Shown here: in pieces, positions 9,472-20,128 of the stretch | How the letters are laid out: every line of letters starts with the position of its first letter | How positions within the stretch are numbered: the first letter of the stretch is position 1 | Origin: Candidatus Heimdallarchaeota archaeon | GTDB lineage: Archaea; Asgardarchaeota; Heimdallarchaeia; Heimdallarchaeales; Kariarchaeaceae | DNA: 32,000 bases | Direction: 5' to 3' | NCBI GenBank assembly: GCA_030149205.1 | Contig: JASBSB010000003.1 | Span: 441,710-473,709 of the forward strand | Notes under the pieces: model-generated | What the model saw: the letters and a program-made list of their open reading frames with translations, nothing else | The model's database searches: none | Told to the model about the DNA's origin: nothing | Position numbers and translations under genes: made by a program

Positions 9472-10329
9472 TTATTCTACAAAATGAATCTCATAGGTCT
9501 TTTCTGCAAGAAGGGAATATTCATTTAAAATGATTTGATCTTGAATTACATCTATCTCATAAAGAAAAAACCTGAAGAAAATATTGAAATTGTCTGTAAT
9601 GCCATATTCAATAAGTAGATTCAAAATCCGTTTGTTTGTTTTTCCTTTAAGCAACAACGTTGGTAAGATAAATTGATGAAGACTAAAAGAGGACCTTTTG
9701 TTACCATGAGAAGCAAATTTTGCCTCTAGGGCTATCACTAGATTTTCGGATTCTATAAAATTATCTACTTCAATTTGGGCCTTGACGGGGATTTCTCTTA
9801 TTTTGTTGTCTTTGCCATCTCTGTACAATAATCCTAATTTTCCTTCAACAGTAGTGTTTAACCTTCCACCAATTGTAAAATTCTCAGTCAATCCTAAATA
9901 TTCTTGAACGAATTTCGAAAACAGATTTAATTCATTAGCTAAAATTATACCAGTTTCTTCATTGTGAAGAGTAAAATGTTTTAATACAGAAATTTTATCT
10001 ATTCGACTTATGTTCAATGTTACTTTTGAAACCTTTGGGTTTTTAAGACTTGGGAAAAGCGTTTTTAATGAAAATTTCTTAGTTTTAATCAGAACACATC
10101 CCCCTAATTGGTTTCTAAACAATTCGACCCCATTTTCTTTTAAAACATCTGGAAGCTCTGAATATCTATAAGTGGGTATCATCTTTACTGGTTTTACACC
10201 TAGATATTTGAAATCAGTTGAGAATAGTTGATATATTACCTCTTCGTCATCATTAAGCCAATTTTGCAGCTTTTTTGAGCTAGGACCTTCATTAAATAGT
10301 TTTATCCAATTTTTATTTCTTTTACTCAA
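9472..10329 (-). CDS. PD-(D/E)xK restriction-endonuclease-like protein (resembles DUF6996/DUF6997 family)
   Basis: Catalytic-type motif QIEVDNFIE...IALEAK followed by LHQFILP. The N-terminal KMIPTYRYSELPDVLKENG segment resembles the family from memory. TTG start. Confidence 0.65.
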   Translation of the reverse strand: MSKRNKNWIKLFNEGPSSKKLQNWLNDDEEVIYQLFSTDFKYLGVKPVKMIPTYRYSELPDVLKENGVELFRNQLGGCVLIKTKKFSLKTLFPSLKNPKVSKVTLNISRIDKISVLKHFTLHNEETGIILANELNLFSKFVQEYLGLTENFTIGGRLNTTVEGKLGLLYRDGKDNKIREIPVKAQIEVDNFIESENLVIALEAKFASHGNKRSSFSLHQFILPTLLLKGKTNKRILNLLIEYGITDNFNIFFRFFLYEIDVIQDQIILNEYSLLAEKTYEIHFVE

Positions 10330-10904
10330 AATTCAAACCCTATAAATTATAATTTTGTATAAATTTTTAAGGGTTGTAATAATATGCAAAAATGATCTGT
10401 CTGTCAAATACATTAGTTGACTAATATCTTAAATTAAATCATAAATTGGAAAGAAATATTATATAATCAATGGATAAAGAACATCTTAGAGTCTTAAAGA
10501 ATTAAGATATATATTTAAATCTCTGAAAAAACTAATATAAATGGTACTGCAGAAGCAGAGTGTCAACTACTTCCAGATACAGATCACCGCTTAGAGTAAA
10601 TCAATTTAACCAATCCTATCAAGCTATCCCAAAAATAAGTAGTGTAAAGGGAATTTTGAAAGTTTGGATTGTTTTAATTTCTAGGACTGGGAAACGAATA
10701 ACTCCTTAAATTCACTTAGTACAAGTCTACTTTCACTGGCTTTAGAATTACTGTAATCCTCAACGTCTGCGATATTTCATTAACTCCATTGAGAGGGGAG
10801 ATTGCACTGCGAATTTTAATTAATTTTTTTATAAGCTAAGTTAACTAGAGTTCAAAGGTCCCTTACATCGGATTCCTCATATTATTGGCTCTATATCTTG
10901 AGAT

Positions 10905-11105
10905 TTATTTTAGCAGGCTATACATTTTCTTTTCCATTTGTTGTTTGGCTTCCTGCATTGCCTGTGGTGTTGTCGCTTTCATCAGATCTGCATGTTTTTC
11001 TCCGCCATGTTTCATCATGATTTCCACGACCTTTTCTTTGGTCTCTCCGGATGCAACAAAGTTACACCCTGTTTCTGCTACTGAACTACATTTTAGTTGA
11101 TGCAT
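10905..11105 (-). CDS. DUF1059-family small Cys/His metal-binding protein
   Basis: MHQLKCSSVAETGCNFVASGETKEKVVEIMMKHGGEKH fits the C...C...H...H pattern. TATA TTTAAATA at 11126-11133. Confidence 0.8.
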   Translation of the reverse strand: MHQLKCSSVAETGCNFVASGETKEKVVEIMMKHGGEKHADLMKATTPQAMQEAKQQMEKKMYSLLK

Positions 11106-11125
11106 GGAATAAGATATTCTGGCTT

Positions 11126-11133
11126 TATTTAAA
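11126..11133 (-). promoter_or_regulatory. Archaeal TATA box (TTTAAATA)
   Basis: About 25 nt upstream of ATG 11105. Confidence 0.5.
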
Positions 11134-11716
11134 CACTCTCTTTTTAGAATATTAGTGTTAAGAAAGCTGAAAGCTAAACAAGAGTAATATCTTAGAGAAC
11201 TGAAGAGAGTTCCCCCATGATTGAAAATAGCATAATTATATACATCTCAGAGATTTTCTAACAAAAACTGTTGAAATTTGCTTTTCAGACAGCCTAGTAA
11301 ATCAGAGAATTAAATTCAATGGGAAATTTGCCCATGGTAAAAATTCACCTGAACAAATTAGCTGATTGAACCAGAGGATGTCACTTATCACAGTTAGCCC
11401 CATAGACATTCATGAGAGAATAGGGTAATAATAAAATATTAATTTCTCAATGATCAACACCATTGGAATTGTATCCTAACTAAGTTTAAATCAAAATCAT
11501 CTGATGAGACTTCTGTTGCATCTTGATGTGTGTCTCAATTTGCCAAATTGTAGGTATTATATTTTTTCAGATTTGAACATAATAACACAAATTTACGGAA
11601 ATCCTCCTCTTAGAGCTGTTTTTCAAAACTGAGTAATAGAAGTATTGATTTAATTGAGAACAGTACAATCTAACCCTAATTTGCCAATACCTGATTGCAT
11701 TTGATAAACTTAAATT

Positions 11717-12733
11717 ATGAATTTAGATGAAAATTTAATATATTCTAACCAGAATTTAAATACCTTCAAAAGTCCAACAATGAACTTAACAATAGAAATG
11801 ACAGTTTCTATCATCATGCCCACCTACAATGGACAGCGATTCTTACGTGAGACACTTGACTCCATACTCCGACAGACTTATCGGGACTGGGAGCTTATCG
11901 TGTGCGACGATAAATCTACAGATAACACTGTTGAGATAGTTCAGGAGTATGCCAATAATCATGAGCAGATACACCTTCATAGGTTTGAGCATTATGGGAA
12001 TCCTGCAGTTCTCCGTAACAAGGGAATAGAGCTTGCCAAGGGTAAATACATAGCACTATGCGATCAGGATGACCTGTGGGCTGAGAACAAGTTAGAGTTA
12101 CAGGTAAGTATAATGAAGGACACAGGTAAGTCTAACATCAAATTCGTTTCTGGAGCCAGTTCAATAATTAATTCTGAGGGTACCGTGATTCAAGGTGGAA
12201 AAAATACAGTCTTCGATCTTGCTGTAAAGAAGGCTCAAGATTTAGGGGGTTGTGTTATCATCCCCCCGATGTATTTAATCCTGGGAAACTTCATCATGAA
12301 TTCCTCAGTATTAATATCAAGAGACATCTACAATACCATTGGATTTTACAAGGAAGATCAATCATACAGAGGAATAGAGGATTATGAATTTATCCTGAGA
12401 TACTTATCCTCAGGATACAAAATTTGTTTTATCAAAGAACCTATAGCTTACTGGAGACAACATGAATCAAACCTTACAAAGGATGTTCAGTCAAGTCAAA
12501 GGTTAGAGATAATCCTTAGTGAAATTCTGGAGGCCTTAAAATCAGATTCATTCAAGGAACACCAAAAATGGCTTCTGATACAGCAAAGAATCAGTTATCT
12601 ACAGATGGAGATAGCAAGATCAAGGTATTCTGAAAGCCCCTCCCAAACAAGAAAAATTATGAAGTTTTACAAAAAACAGAGGTTCAGATTCTACAAATTG
12701 CTAGGAAAGCTAAGCAAGACCGCAATTTATTGA
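11717..12733 (+). CDS. Glycosyltransferase family 2
   Basis: SIIMPTYN, VCDDKSTD, ALCDQDDLW (DxD) and IEDYEF motifs. The true start may be 11798 (MTVSIIM). Confidence 0.92.
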   Translation: MNLDENLIYSNQNLNTFKSPTMNLTIEMTVSIIMPTYNGQRFLRETLDSILRQTYRDWELIVCDDKSTDNTVEIVQEYANNHEQIHLHRFEHYGNPAVLRNKGIELAKGKYIALCDQDDLWAENKLELQVSIMKDTGKSNIKFVSGASSIINSEGTVIQGGKNTVFDLAVKKAQDLGGCVIIPPMYLILGNFIMNSSVLISRDIYNTIGFYKEDQSYRGIEDYEFILRYLSSGYKICFIKEPIAYWRQHESNLTKDVQSSQRLEIILSEILEALKSDSFKEHQKWLLIQQRISYLQMEIARSRYSESPSQTRKIMKFYKKQRFRFYKLLGKLSKTAIY

Positions 12734-12744
12734 TTTTTTTTTTT
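12734..12744 (+). terminator. Oligo-T tract, possible archaeal terminator
   Basis: 11 consecutive T directly after the GT2 stop codon. Confidence 0.4.
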
Positions 12745-12846
12745 ACCCGAAGATTAACTGCTCTCAGAGCAAATTTGGTATCCAAACAAAAAATAATCTT
12801 TCTCAGCCCGATTGGTAATCAATCAGCTTTTTAATACAATCATAAA

Positions 12847-13428
12847 TTGAAAACTATGGTTGAATTTCTCAAACCAGAATCTGAGGTAAAATCCAAGGTC
12901 ATGCTGAACCTCGGAAGTGGGACGGATATCCGTCAAAACTGGATCAATGCAGATATCGCCAAAATAGACGGACTGGATTTTGTCATAGACATCGAATCTG
13001 AAGAACTCCCCCTCGATGACGGTTCAATCAGCCTTATACTCCTTTCACATGTGATCGAGCATGTTGACAACATCAGGCATCTGCTCAATGAGATATTTCG
13101 GGTGCTAAAACCTGGTGGAAAGCTATACATAATCGTCCCCGCCTTTTCTTCAAATGGGGCATTCCAAGACCCAACCCATGTGAGATTCTTCACTGATGAG
13201 ACATTCAAGTACCTTAGTGGAGAGTATTTCGACTACTACTTTGGGAACGTGGGACAGAGGGCTAAGGTTGTTTTATTAAAAAGAAGAAGAACAAGCTATT
13301 ACAATCAACTCTACAGATATTTCTCTCCCATCATAAGATTGATCGGAAAGAGAAGGTTCGACAACTATGTGGATAATCTCTTTCTGAACATGACAAAAGA
13401 ATATCATGTGATTATAGAAAAACTCTAA
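12847..13428 (+). CDS. Class I SAM-dependent methyltransferase (glycan-cluster type)
   Basis: LNLGSG motif I, SHVIEH, RVLKPGG and AFQDPTH motifs. Alternative ATG at 12856. Confidence 0.88.
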   Translation: MKTMVEFLKPESEVKSKVMLNLGSGTDIRQNWINADIAKIDGLDFVIDIESEELPLDDGSISLILLSHVIEHVDNIRHLLNEIFRVLKPGGKLYIIVPAFSSNGAFQDPTHVRFFTDETFKYLSGEYFDYYFGNVGQRAKVVLLKRRRTSYYNQLYRYFSPIIRLIGKRRFDNYVDNLFLNMTKEYHVIIEKL

Positions 13429-13529
13429 ATTAAGTAAATATTTTTGATCTATTAAAATTCAAAAGATGAAAGTTTATGGATAAAGTAGGGGGAGAGGGCT
13501 AAATGTCTCTGCATTAGAAGATTTTTTGG

Positions 13530-14432
13530 TCAAAATTTACCTTGGCTCCTCTTCTCATCCTCTATTTCATCTACTATATCAAGGAGATACTGACCATAGG
13601 GGGAATTTTTTTGTCCCTCAGCCAGCTTCAGATACTGCTCCTTGCTGATGAAACCCTTTCTGAATGCTATCTCCTCAATGGCTGACACATAGAAACCCTG
13701 CTGATTCTGAATCGCCTCAATAAAATTGCTTGCTTGTAACAGACCTGTGGGGGTTCCTGCATCGAACCATGCGATTCCCCTTCCAAGCTTAATAGCGTGT
13801 AACTCCCCAATTTTGAGATATTGATCGTTCACACTGGTGATCTCAATTTCACCTCTATCGCTTGGTTCGACATTCATTGCTATCTCAGATACACGATTGT
13901 CATAGATGTACAGACCTGGAATGATATAGTTAGACCTGGGATTGGCGGGTTTCTCCTCAACTGATAAAACCTTTCCAGATTTATCAAATTCCACAACCCC
14001 AAAGGGTTTTGGATTCTTTACATAATACCCAAAAATTGTTGCTCCCGTTGAAAAATCCTTAACAGTTTTGTTTACCAGTTCGCCAAAATTTGCACCATAA
14101 AATATGTTATCCCCCAGTATCATCATAACATCATCTTCCCCGATAAACTCCTTTCCCACAATGAAAGCATCTGCTAAGCCCCGAGGTGTGTCTTGGTTCT
14201 TATACGAAATCTGAACACCATAGGCAGAGCCATCACCCAACTGGTTTTTATACAAGTCTAGATGGTCTGTACTGGATATTACAAGAATCTGTTTGATCCC
14301 TGCCAACATCAACACGGAAAGAGGGTAATAAACCATAGGCTTATCAAAAACTGGCAAGAGCTGTTTACTTAATACTGTAGTTAATGGGTAAAGTCTGGTT
14401 CCTTTACCCCCAGCAAGGACAATTCCTTTCAT
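13530..14432 (-). CDS. rmlA: Glucose-1-phosphate thymidylyltransferase
   Basis: MKGIVLAGGKGTRLYPLT, KQLLPVFDKPMVYYPLS, RGEIEIT and WFDAGT motifs. Confidence 0.97.
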   Translation of the reverse strand: MKGIVLAGGKGTRLYPLTTVLSKQLLPVFDKPMVYYPLSVLMLAGIKQILVISSTDHLDLYKNQLGDGSAYGVQISYKNQDTPRGLADAFIVGKEFIGEDDVMMILGDNIFYGANFGELVNKTVKDFSTGATIFGYYVKNPKPFGVVEFDKSGKVLSVEEKPANPRSNYIIPGLYIYDNRVSEIAMNVEPSDRGEIEITSVNDQYLKIGELHAIKLGRGIAWFDAGTPTGLLQASNFIEAIQNQQGFYVSAIEEIAFRKGFISKEQYLKLAEGQKNSPYGQYLLDIVDEIEDEKRSQGKF

Positions 14433-14540
14433 AATCCCGAATAATCTTTAAAAATATTAATGATTTGCATCAAATCTAAGATTAGTCAATAATTATTCTA
14501 AGGACTAGAACTTTATTAAAATACTATAATTTCACAATTT

Positions 14541-15401
14541 GTGGATATACTCCTGTTAGGTGCTGAAGGTCAACTTGGAAGAGAATTTAAATCACTTCTA
14601 AATTCAAACAACCTGAAATTTCAAACATACAGCCATAATGATCTGGATATAACAAATCATGAAAGTGTGAGAGAACTCTTTAAGAATAACAAGTTAAAAC
14701 TTATCATTAACACAGCTGCTTATAATTTAGTAGACAGAGCAGAAGACAACCCATATCTAGCAGTGGAGGTAAATCACAAGGCAGTTGAGAATTTGGCATT
14801 GTTATGTTCCAAAAATAGTGTGTTTCTCATCCATTTTTCAACAAACTATGTATTTGATGGCACCAGCCTTGAACCTTATAAAATCAATGATCCCCCTAAT
14901 CCTCTGTCAGTATATGGAAAATCCAAATATATGGGAGAAAAAGCTATTTTACAAAACATGGACAAGAATTTTTTGATTGTTAGAACAAGCTGGGTTTTTG
15001 GTCTTGGACCACAGAATTTTATATACAAATTATTAAATTGGGCAAAAGACAACTCCACCTTAAAAATAGTTGACGATGAAATCGCAGCTCCAACATCTAC
15101 ATCTGACTTAGCTAAGGCAACTTTTGAACTTTACAGTTCAGGATTATCAGGGTTATATCACATCACCAATCGAGGGAATTGCTCTAGGTTTAAGTGGGCA
15201 GAGCTGATATTAAACGAGATTAAATGGACCGGTGAACTCAAACCTACAAACTTAAGTAACTTTGGATTAAAAGCTAAAAGACCACATAGAGCAATACTTG
15301 ACATTTCAGAGCTTCCTAAAGAAATTCATTCTAACCTAAAATCATGGGAAGATGCGACTACTATAGCTGTAAAAAGAATAAATCAAAATCAGATTATTTG
15401 A
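14541..15401 (+). CDS. rmlD: dTDP-4-dehydrorhamnose reductase
   Basis: GAEGQLG, NTAAYNLVDRAE, HFSTNYVFDG, YGKSK and VRTSWVFG motifs. GTG start. Confidence 0.95.
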   Translation: MDILLLGAEGQLGREFKSLLNSNNLKFQTYSHNDLDITNHESVRELFKNNKLKLIINTAAYNLVDRAEDNPYLAVEVNHKAVENLALLCSKNSVFLIHFSTNYVFDGTSLEPYKINDPPNPLSVYGKSKYMGEKAILQNMDKNFLIVRTSWVFGLGPQNFIYKLLNWAKDNSTLKIVDDEIAAPTSTSDLAKATFELYSSGLSGLYHITNRGNCSRFKWAELILNEIKWTGELKPTNLSNFGLKAKRPHRAILDISELPKEIHSNLKSWEDATTIAVKRINQNQII

Positions 15402-15589
15402 GTCTTAAATTTGAAGTAAAATTCCTGAGTATCATGAAGTCTAAATGTTGAAACTCATAAACTCTACATTTTGAAACTTATGTCCCTACGAAAATAAAAA
15501 TTCCCTTTAGATAATTTGTTACGTAGGGCATTAAAAATCCTCAAATCGAAGCTTATGGTTAAAATGTGTGAAGAGAATCTCAAAATTAT

Positions 15590-16141
15590 TTATTCAAAAA
15601 GGTCTTTCTGTTCTGCCAGCATTGGTGCTCTCTTATCCTTTGATGATACAATAGGAGAAGAAATGCTCCAGTTAATTTTTAAGACTGGATCAGCCCAATG
15701 AATTGACCTCTCATGACGTGATGAATATTCAGAGGTAGTGAAGTACTGAACCACTGTCTGATCAACCAAACTCAAGAACCCATGACCAAAACCTTCTGGT
15801 ATCCAATACAACTCTCTACTTTTATCATCCAAATAAACTCCCACTGATTTTCCAAAGGTGGGTGAACTTTGTCTTAAATCTACTGCCACATCATAAATCT
15901 TTCCTCTCAGAACTGAAATGAGCTTTCCCTGAGCTTTCGGAGGTATCTGATAATGGATTCCACGTAATACATACTTTTTAGAAAGAGAAATATTTGATTG
16001 GAAAACATTTAATTTTATGTTGTGATTGGAAAAATCAGAAAATTTGAAATTTTCAAGAAAATATCCCCTCTCATCCTTGAAAAATTTTGGTTCTATGAGA
16101 ATTAAATCTTCAATTGCTTGAGGCTTAAATTCAAATGGCAT
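15590..16141 (-). CDS. rmlC: dTDP-4-dehydrorhamnose 3,5-epimerase
   Basis: DERGYF, VLRGIHYQ, DVAVDLRQSSPTFG and WIPEGFGHGF motifs. Confidence 0.97.
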   Translation of the reverse strand: MPFEFKPQAIEDLILIEPKFFKDERGYFLENFKFSDFSNHNIKLNVFQSNISLSKKYVLRGIHYQIPPKAQGKLISVLRGKIYDVAVDLRQSSPTFGKSVGVYLDDKSRELYWIPEGFGHGFLSLVDQTVVQYFTTSEYSSRHERSIHWADPVLKINWSISSPIVSSKDKRAPMLAEQKDLFE

Positions 16142-16479
16142 ACTTTATCTTACGGTTTCAAGTTTTAACACTTTCAACACAAATTTGGACAAATTAATAT
16201 GAAATTACAGTCCGCTAGACAACCTGACAGATAAAATTCATTAACGGATATTGAATAAAGATCCTAAATATCCACACAAAAAATTTACACTAAGCAAATA
16301 TCGAAGCGTAACATAGGGATTAAAGTCTCATTAGAACTTAACATACATTGTTAGAATTTAATAATTATCATCATCAGAGGTTCTTGTTCTCTCGTTATTA
16401 TAGCTTATTGATATGTATTTTCCTTTTATCCTCATAAATGAGTATGATTTTTCTCTTGAAACCAAATTGATTCTAAATT

Positions 16480-17493
16480 TTAATGAGGAGGTTTATCATC
16501 AAATTTCTTGAGATACCAATCAACTGTCTGATTTAATCCAACATCAAAACTAGTCTCAGCTTGCCAACCTAATTTATTCCGAATTTTTGTTGAATCAATT
16601 CCATATCTTCTATCATGTCCTAATCTGTCAGAAACATGCTCAATTAACGTCTCATTTATCATCGGGTCATCTAGTTTTTGACTCAGAATTTGAAGTAATT
16701 TCTTAGTCAAGGATATGTTATTCCACTCATTATTCCCACCTATGTTGTAGATATCACCCAAAGTTCCATTTTTATGAACCATGTCTATCGCTTTACAATG
16801 ATCCTGAACATACAACCAGTCTCTTATCTGTTTCCCATCACCATAAATTGGGATAGGTTGATGATTTATTGCACGAGAGATTATTTTCGGTATCAGTTTC
16901 TCTAAATGTTGGTGTGAACCATAATTGTTTGAACATCTTGTAATCATCCCCGGAAATTCATAAGTGTCAACAAACGCTTTTACCATAAGGTCTCCAGAGG
17001 CCTTGCTTGCTGAGTATGGACTGTGAGGATCAAGAGGAGAATCTTCTGTAAACAGACCAACCCTTTCTAATGATCCATATACCTCATCTGTAGAAATTTG
17101 TACAAACCGCGCACCTTCAAGCCACTTTTGATTGATTAACCAGTATTTTTTCGCTACTGTTAGCAAATTGAGAACTCCTAGGATATTAGTTTCAGCAAAA
17201 ATCTTGGGTTCTTCTATTGAGTTATCAACGTGAGTTTCTGCAGCAAAATTAACAACTGACTTGATGTCATACTTGGTAAATATATAATCTAGGAGTTCAA
17301 AATTTTGTAAATCACCTTTTATGAATTCGAGTCTATCTTTGTTTTCAATCATTATTTTCTTAAGTCCCTTCTTATCAGCTGCATATGTGAACTTATCCAG
17401 GCCGATTATTTGTTCTTCGGGATATGTGTTAAAGTAATACTCTAGAAAATTAATACCAATAAACCCAGCTACTCCCGTGATTAAAATACTCAT
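16480..17493 (-). CDS. rmlB: dTDP-glucose 4,6-dehydratase
   Basis: ITGVAGFIG, FAAETHVDNSI, QISTDEVYG, PYSASKAS, RCSNNYG and RLGHDRRY motifs. The start is placed at ATG 17493; the ORF track uses 17532. Confidence 0.97.
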   Translation of the reverse strand: MSILITGVAGFIGINFLEYYFNTYPEEQIIGLDKFTYAADKKGLKKIMIENKDRLEFIKGDLQNFELLDYIFTKYDIKSVVNFAAETHVDNSIEEPKIFAETNILGVLNLLTVAKKYWLINQKWLEGARFVQISTDEVYGSLERVGLFTEDSPLDPHSPYSASKASGDLMVKAFVDTYEFPGMITRCSNNYGSHQHLEKLIPKIISRAINHQPIPIYGDGKQIRDWLYVQDHCKAIDMVHKNGTLGDIYNIGGNNEWNNISLTKKLLQILSQKLDDPMINETLIEHVSDRLGHDRRYGIDSTKIRNKLGWQAETSFDVGLNQTVDWYLKKFDDKPPH

Positions 17494-18003
17494 TATTGAA
17501 AGAGGAATTGATAAATATATTAATTCAATCATAAAAATTTGTTATAGCATACATTTTTCAATTCGAGCTGGATATAAATTGTATTTGAATATTTATTCTA
17601 AGAAAATTTGTTCTCCAAATTGTGATATATTTATTTACATACTTTAACTCACTAATTTGTAGTTTTGTTTGAGAATATTAAGGAATTTCAGTTTGTGAAA
17701 CTATGTAAAAATAGAAATGAAAAATCAGATCAATTTGAAAAATATAATTTAAATGTGGACTTTAAAGAAAACTAATTCAATTAACATCGTGAATTTTTAG
17801 TTATTCCTATGATGAAAAAAAAGAAAATACTTTAAATAGTAGACCTTTTTGGCCCTAAACTTGTTGTTTACCTTATTTCAACTCATTTTTAAGTTACTAA
17901 ATTTGACAAAAGATATTTTATTGAAAAAAATAAAGGCATTCATACAAATAATATAATAAAAACACTGACTTGAAAACTCAATAAAATATGCATATTTGTA
18001 CAA

Positions 18004-18432
18004 ATGAATTTAAAAGAAAAGTATTTTATAAAACTTAAGAAGATAAAGATGAATCAACTAGTATCCTTCATAGTTACTATTTTAATATATAACGTCCTTG
18101 TTGCTATCGCAGTTCTATTTCTCGGGTTAGCCTCTATTAACTTAACTGGTTTTTCAATCAGGTCTCTCACTAATCTATTCTTTAATTTATATTTCATCTT
18201 GGGATTAGGGGTTTCATTCGGTGCACGAATGTTATTTACTGTTGCTATTAGTCAAGCATCAAATTTAAATCAGCTTCAAAATAGTGCTACAAGCCTAACA
18301 TATATTGTTTCTTTGAGCAGTTTAATTTTTGTCGTTGTAGTTAATTCTAAAATTTTAGGGGATACCCTAAAAACTAACCAAATCATAGGGTCAGCAATTA
18401 TAATTATTGGTTTAATTTTACTATTTCTTTAG
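18004..18432 (+). CDS. Small 4-TM DMT/EamA-like membrane protein
   Basis: Four hydrophobic segments and a DMT-type C-terminus (ILGDTLKTNQIIGSAIIIIGLILL). Alternative ATG at 18049. Confidence 0.7.
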   Translation: MNLKEKYFIKLKKIKMNQLVSFIVTILIYNVLVAIAVLFLGLASINLTGFSIRSLTNLFFNLYFILGLGVSFGARMLFTVAISQASNLNQLQNSATSLTYIVSLSSLIFVVVVNSKILGDTLKTNQIIGSAIIIIGLILLFL

Positions 18433-18459
18433 ATCTCCAAAATTAAGATATCTCATACA

Positions 18460-18561
18460 TAGTTCAATTATAACCCAATTTCAAGAAAGGCTCGGTCTCT
18501 TCTAAATTTCATTCATCCATTGAGCTTGCCGACTCAATCGTATATCCAAATGTTTTGAAAC
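18460..18561 (-). repeat. Dispersed 102-nt repeat, copy B
   Basis: Aligns without gaps to 31721-31822(+): 72/102 identical by hand count, 60/79 in the core, including the exact 14-mer GCTCAATGGATGAA. Confidence 0.75.
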
Positions 18562-18714
18562 TGACTAGAGACAAACAAAGAATATTTTTTAACAGAGCAA
18601 TTTAACTTAATTGAACTAAATTTGCTGTTTGAAAATTAACTTATAGATTTTGATTTAGTAAATTTAAACAAGGAGAAATGCAATTTTATATAAAGAATTA
18701 GAAATTCTATCAAT

Positions 18715-19944
18715 ATGAAAAAGTTTGTTGGCGTCGAAATAGAGAAGAAAGAGTTATTATACCTTATTGGATTAACAATTATAGGACTTTCAGCGCGTGT
18801 CTTTGAAATATATCACCTTAAACTTATTCCAGTTGATGCTTTAGATTATATAGCACTTTCAAAATATTTTTTAGGTGCAGGGAACATAGAAAAAGTCACC
18901 CTCATCCCTAGAGAGCCATTGATTTCAATCATTATGGCCCCATTTCTATATATTTTTGGATTCGACTTTATTGTTATGAGATGGGTAACTGCAGTGTTTG
19001 ATGTAATAAATATTTGGATGCTCTGGATTCTGACGAAAACTTTTATTAGCTCAAGAAAACTTTCAGTTAACTCTAGCAAAGCAGCAATTTTTGTTTCAAT
19101 AATTTATACCTTTAACAATCGAATTGTTGCTCAGGCTACCTATGGTATCAGAGAACAAATTTATCTCTTCATGCTGATTGTAATTCTCCTTATATCTTAC
19201 AGCAAAGTCTTTACTTCACGAAAAAAAATATTAATTCTAATAACATCAATATTAATAACCACTTTAAAACTAGAGGCATTAGTTGTTTTAATAGGTTTTG
19301 CAATTATTTGGATTTATATTGAAAAAATTATTCTAAACAAGAACCTATTTATAAGACAGACTCCAGCTTTCTTTATAATTATTGGGACTTTGCTCGGCTA
19401 TTTAATCAGTGGAATTATTTATATGATTATTTTCGGGAATTTTAATGCTACCACCACTTGGCAAGCTAATGGGTTCTATAAGCATGAATTCGGACAACCA
19501 CCTTCTACTAGTTTAACCCCATTTACCTATCTTTTAAACTTCCATACAATTCCTACACTATTTAAAGCATATTTTGGAGGTTTGACAGAATTAATCACAT
19601 TTTATTTTTTCATTTATTCATTTATTTTATTTTCATTTTGGGGTATGGGTTTTCTACGTGTACTTAACAAAAATTATCATGAATTAGTCTGGTTCTCGGT
19701 GTACCCCTTATTTTTCATAGGAATATTTGCATATTTGTGGGGATTCAGTGGGTATATGCGTCATTTGATACCTTATGCTTCATTATCTTTAATTTTTATT
19801 GTGATTGAAGCTCTTGATTTCATTAATGAATCGGAGATTAAGATATCAAAACAAAAAACATTTATTGTTACAAAAAATGCTTGGTTAGCCTTGATCTTCA
19901 CAATAGTTAGTTTCTATTATTTGTTAAGAATTATAACAAGTTAA
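18715..19944 (+). CDS. GT-C fold membrane glycosyltransferase (PMT/ArnT-like)
   Basis: Polytopic. First-loop acidic motif DALDY followed by REPLIS...MRWVTAVFD, and REQIY in a later loop. Confidence 0.7.
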   Translation: MKKFVGVEIEKKELLYLIGLTIIGLSARVFEIYHLKLIPVDALDYIALSKYFLGAGNIEKVTLIPREPLISIIMAPFLYIFGFDFIVMRWVTAVFDVINIWMLWILTKTFISSRKLSVNSSKAAIFVSIIYTFNNRIVAQATYGIREQIYLFMLIVILLISYSKVFTSRKKILILITSILITTLKLEALVVLIGFAIIWIYIEKIILNKNLFIRQTPAFFIIIGTLLGYLISGIIYMIIFGNFNATTTWQANGFYKHEFGQPPSTSLTPFTYLLNFHTIPTLFKAYFGGLTELITFYFFIYSFILFSFWGMGFLRVLNKNYHELVWFSVYPLFFIGIFAYLWGFSGYMRHLIPYASLSLIFIVIEALDFINESEIKISKQKTFIVTKNAWLALIFTIVSFYYLLRIITS

Positions 19945-20128
19945 AATACATTTTATTCATTTACCTTTTCAATGATAGAAGTTCCTTACCTACTTCACAA
20001 AAATTATTACATAATAACCATCTAAATTCACAATAAATTATCCTATAAATAATCCGTTCATATTAATACACCATTTATATAACTGATTTAAAATGGGTGA
20101 ACTCTTGGGAAGTTAAACTTAGTTAACC

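Noticed and set aside
10770-10795. Minus-strand CTCAATGGAGTTAATGAAAT resembling the core of the dispersed repeat
   Set aside because: It needs a gap and the similarity does not extend on either side, so it is likely chance in AT-rich DNA.
10330-10900. Long intergenic stretch searched for small genes or RNA genes
   Set aside because: Only short frames without plausible starts; no tRNA-like or stable repeat structure seen.
11282-11297. TTTTCAGACAGCCTAG, reminiscent of an IS terminal inverted repeat
   Set aside because: I found no partner repeat and no convincing transposase fragment nearby.
11300-11716. Possible pseudogene remnant on the minus strand
   Set aside because: Several stops and no recognisable motif.
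15484-15528. CCCTACG...CGTAGGG inverted pair between convergent rmlD and rmlC, possible REP-like element
   Set aside because: Only 7 bp, with a long loop, a single occurrence and the wrong orientation for a REPIN.
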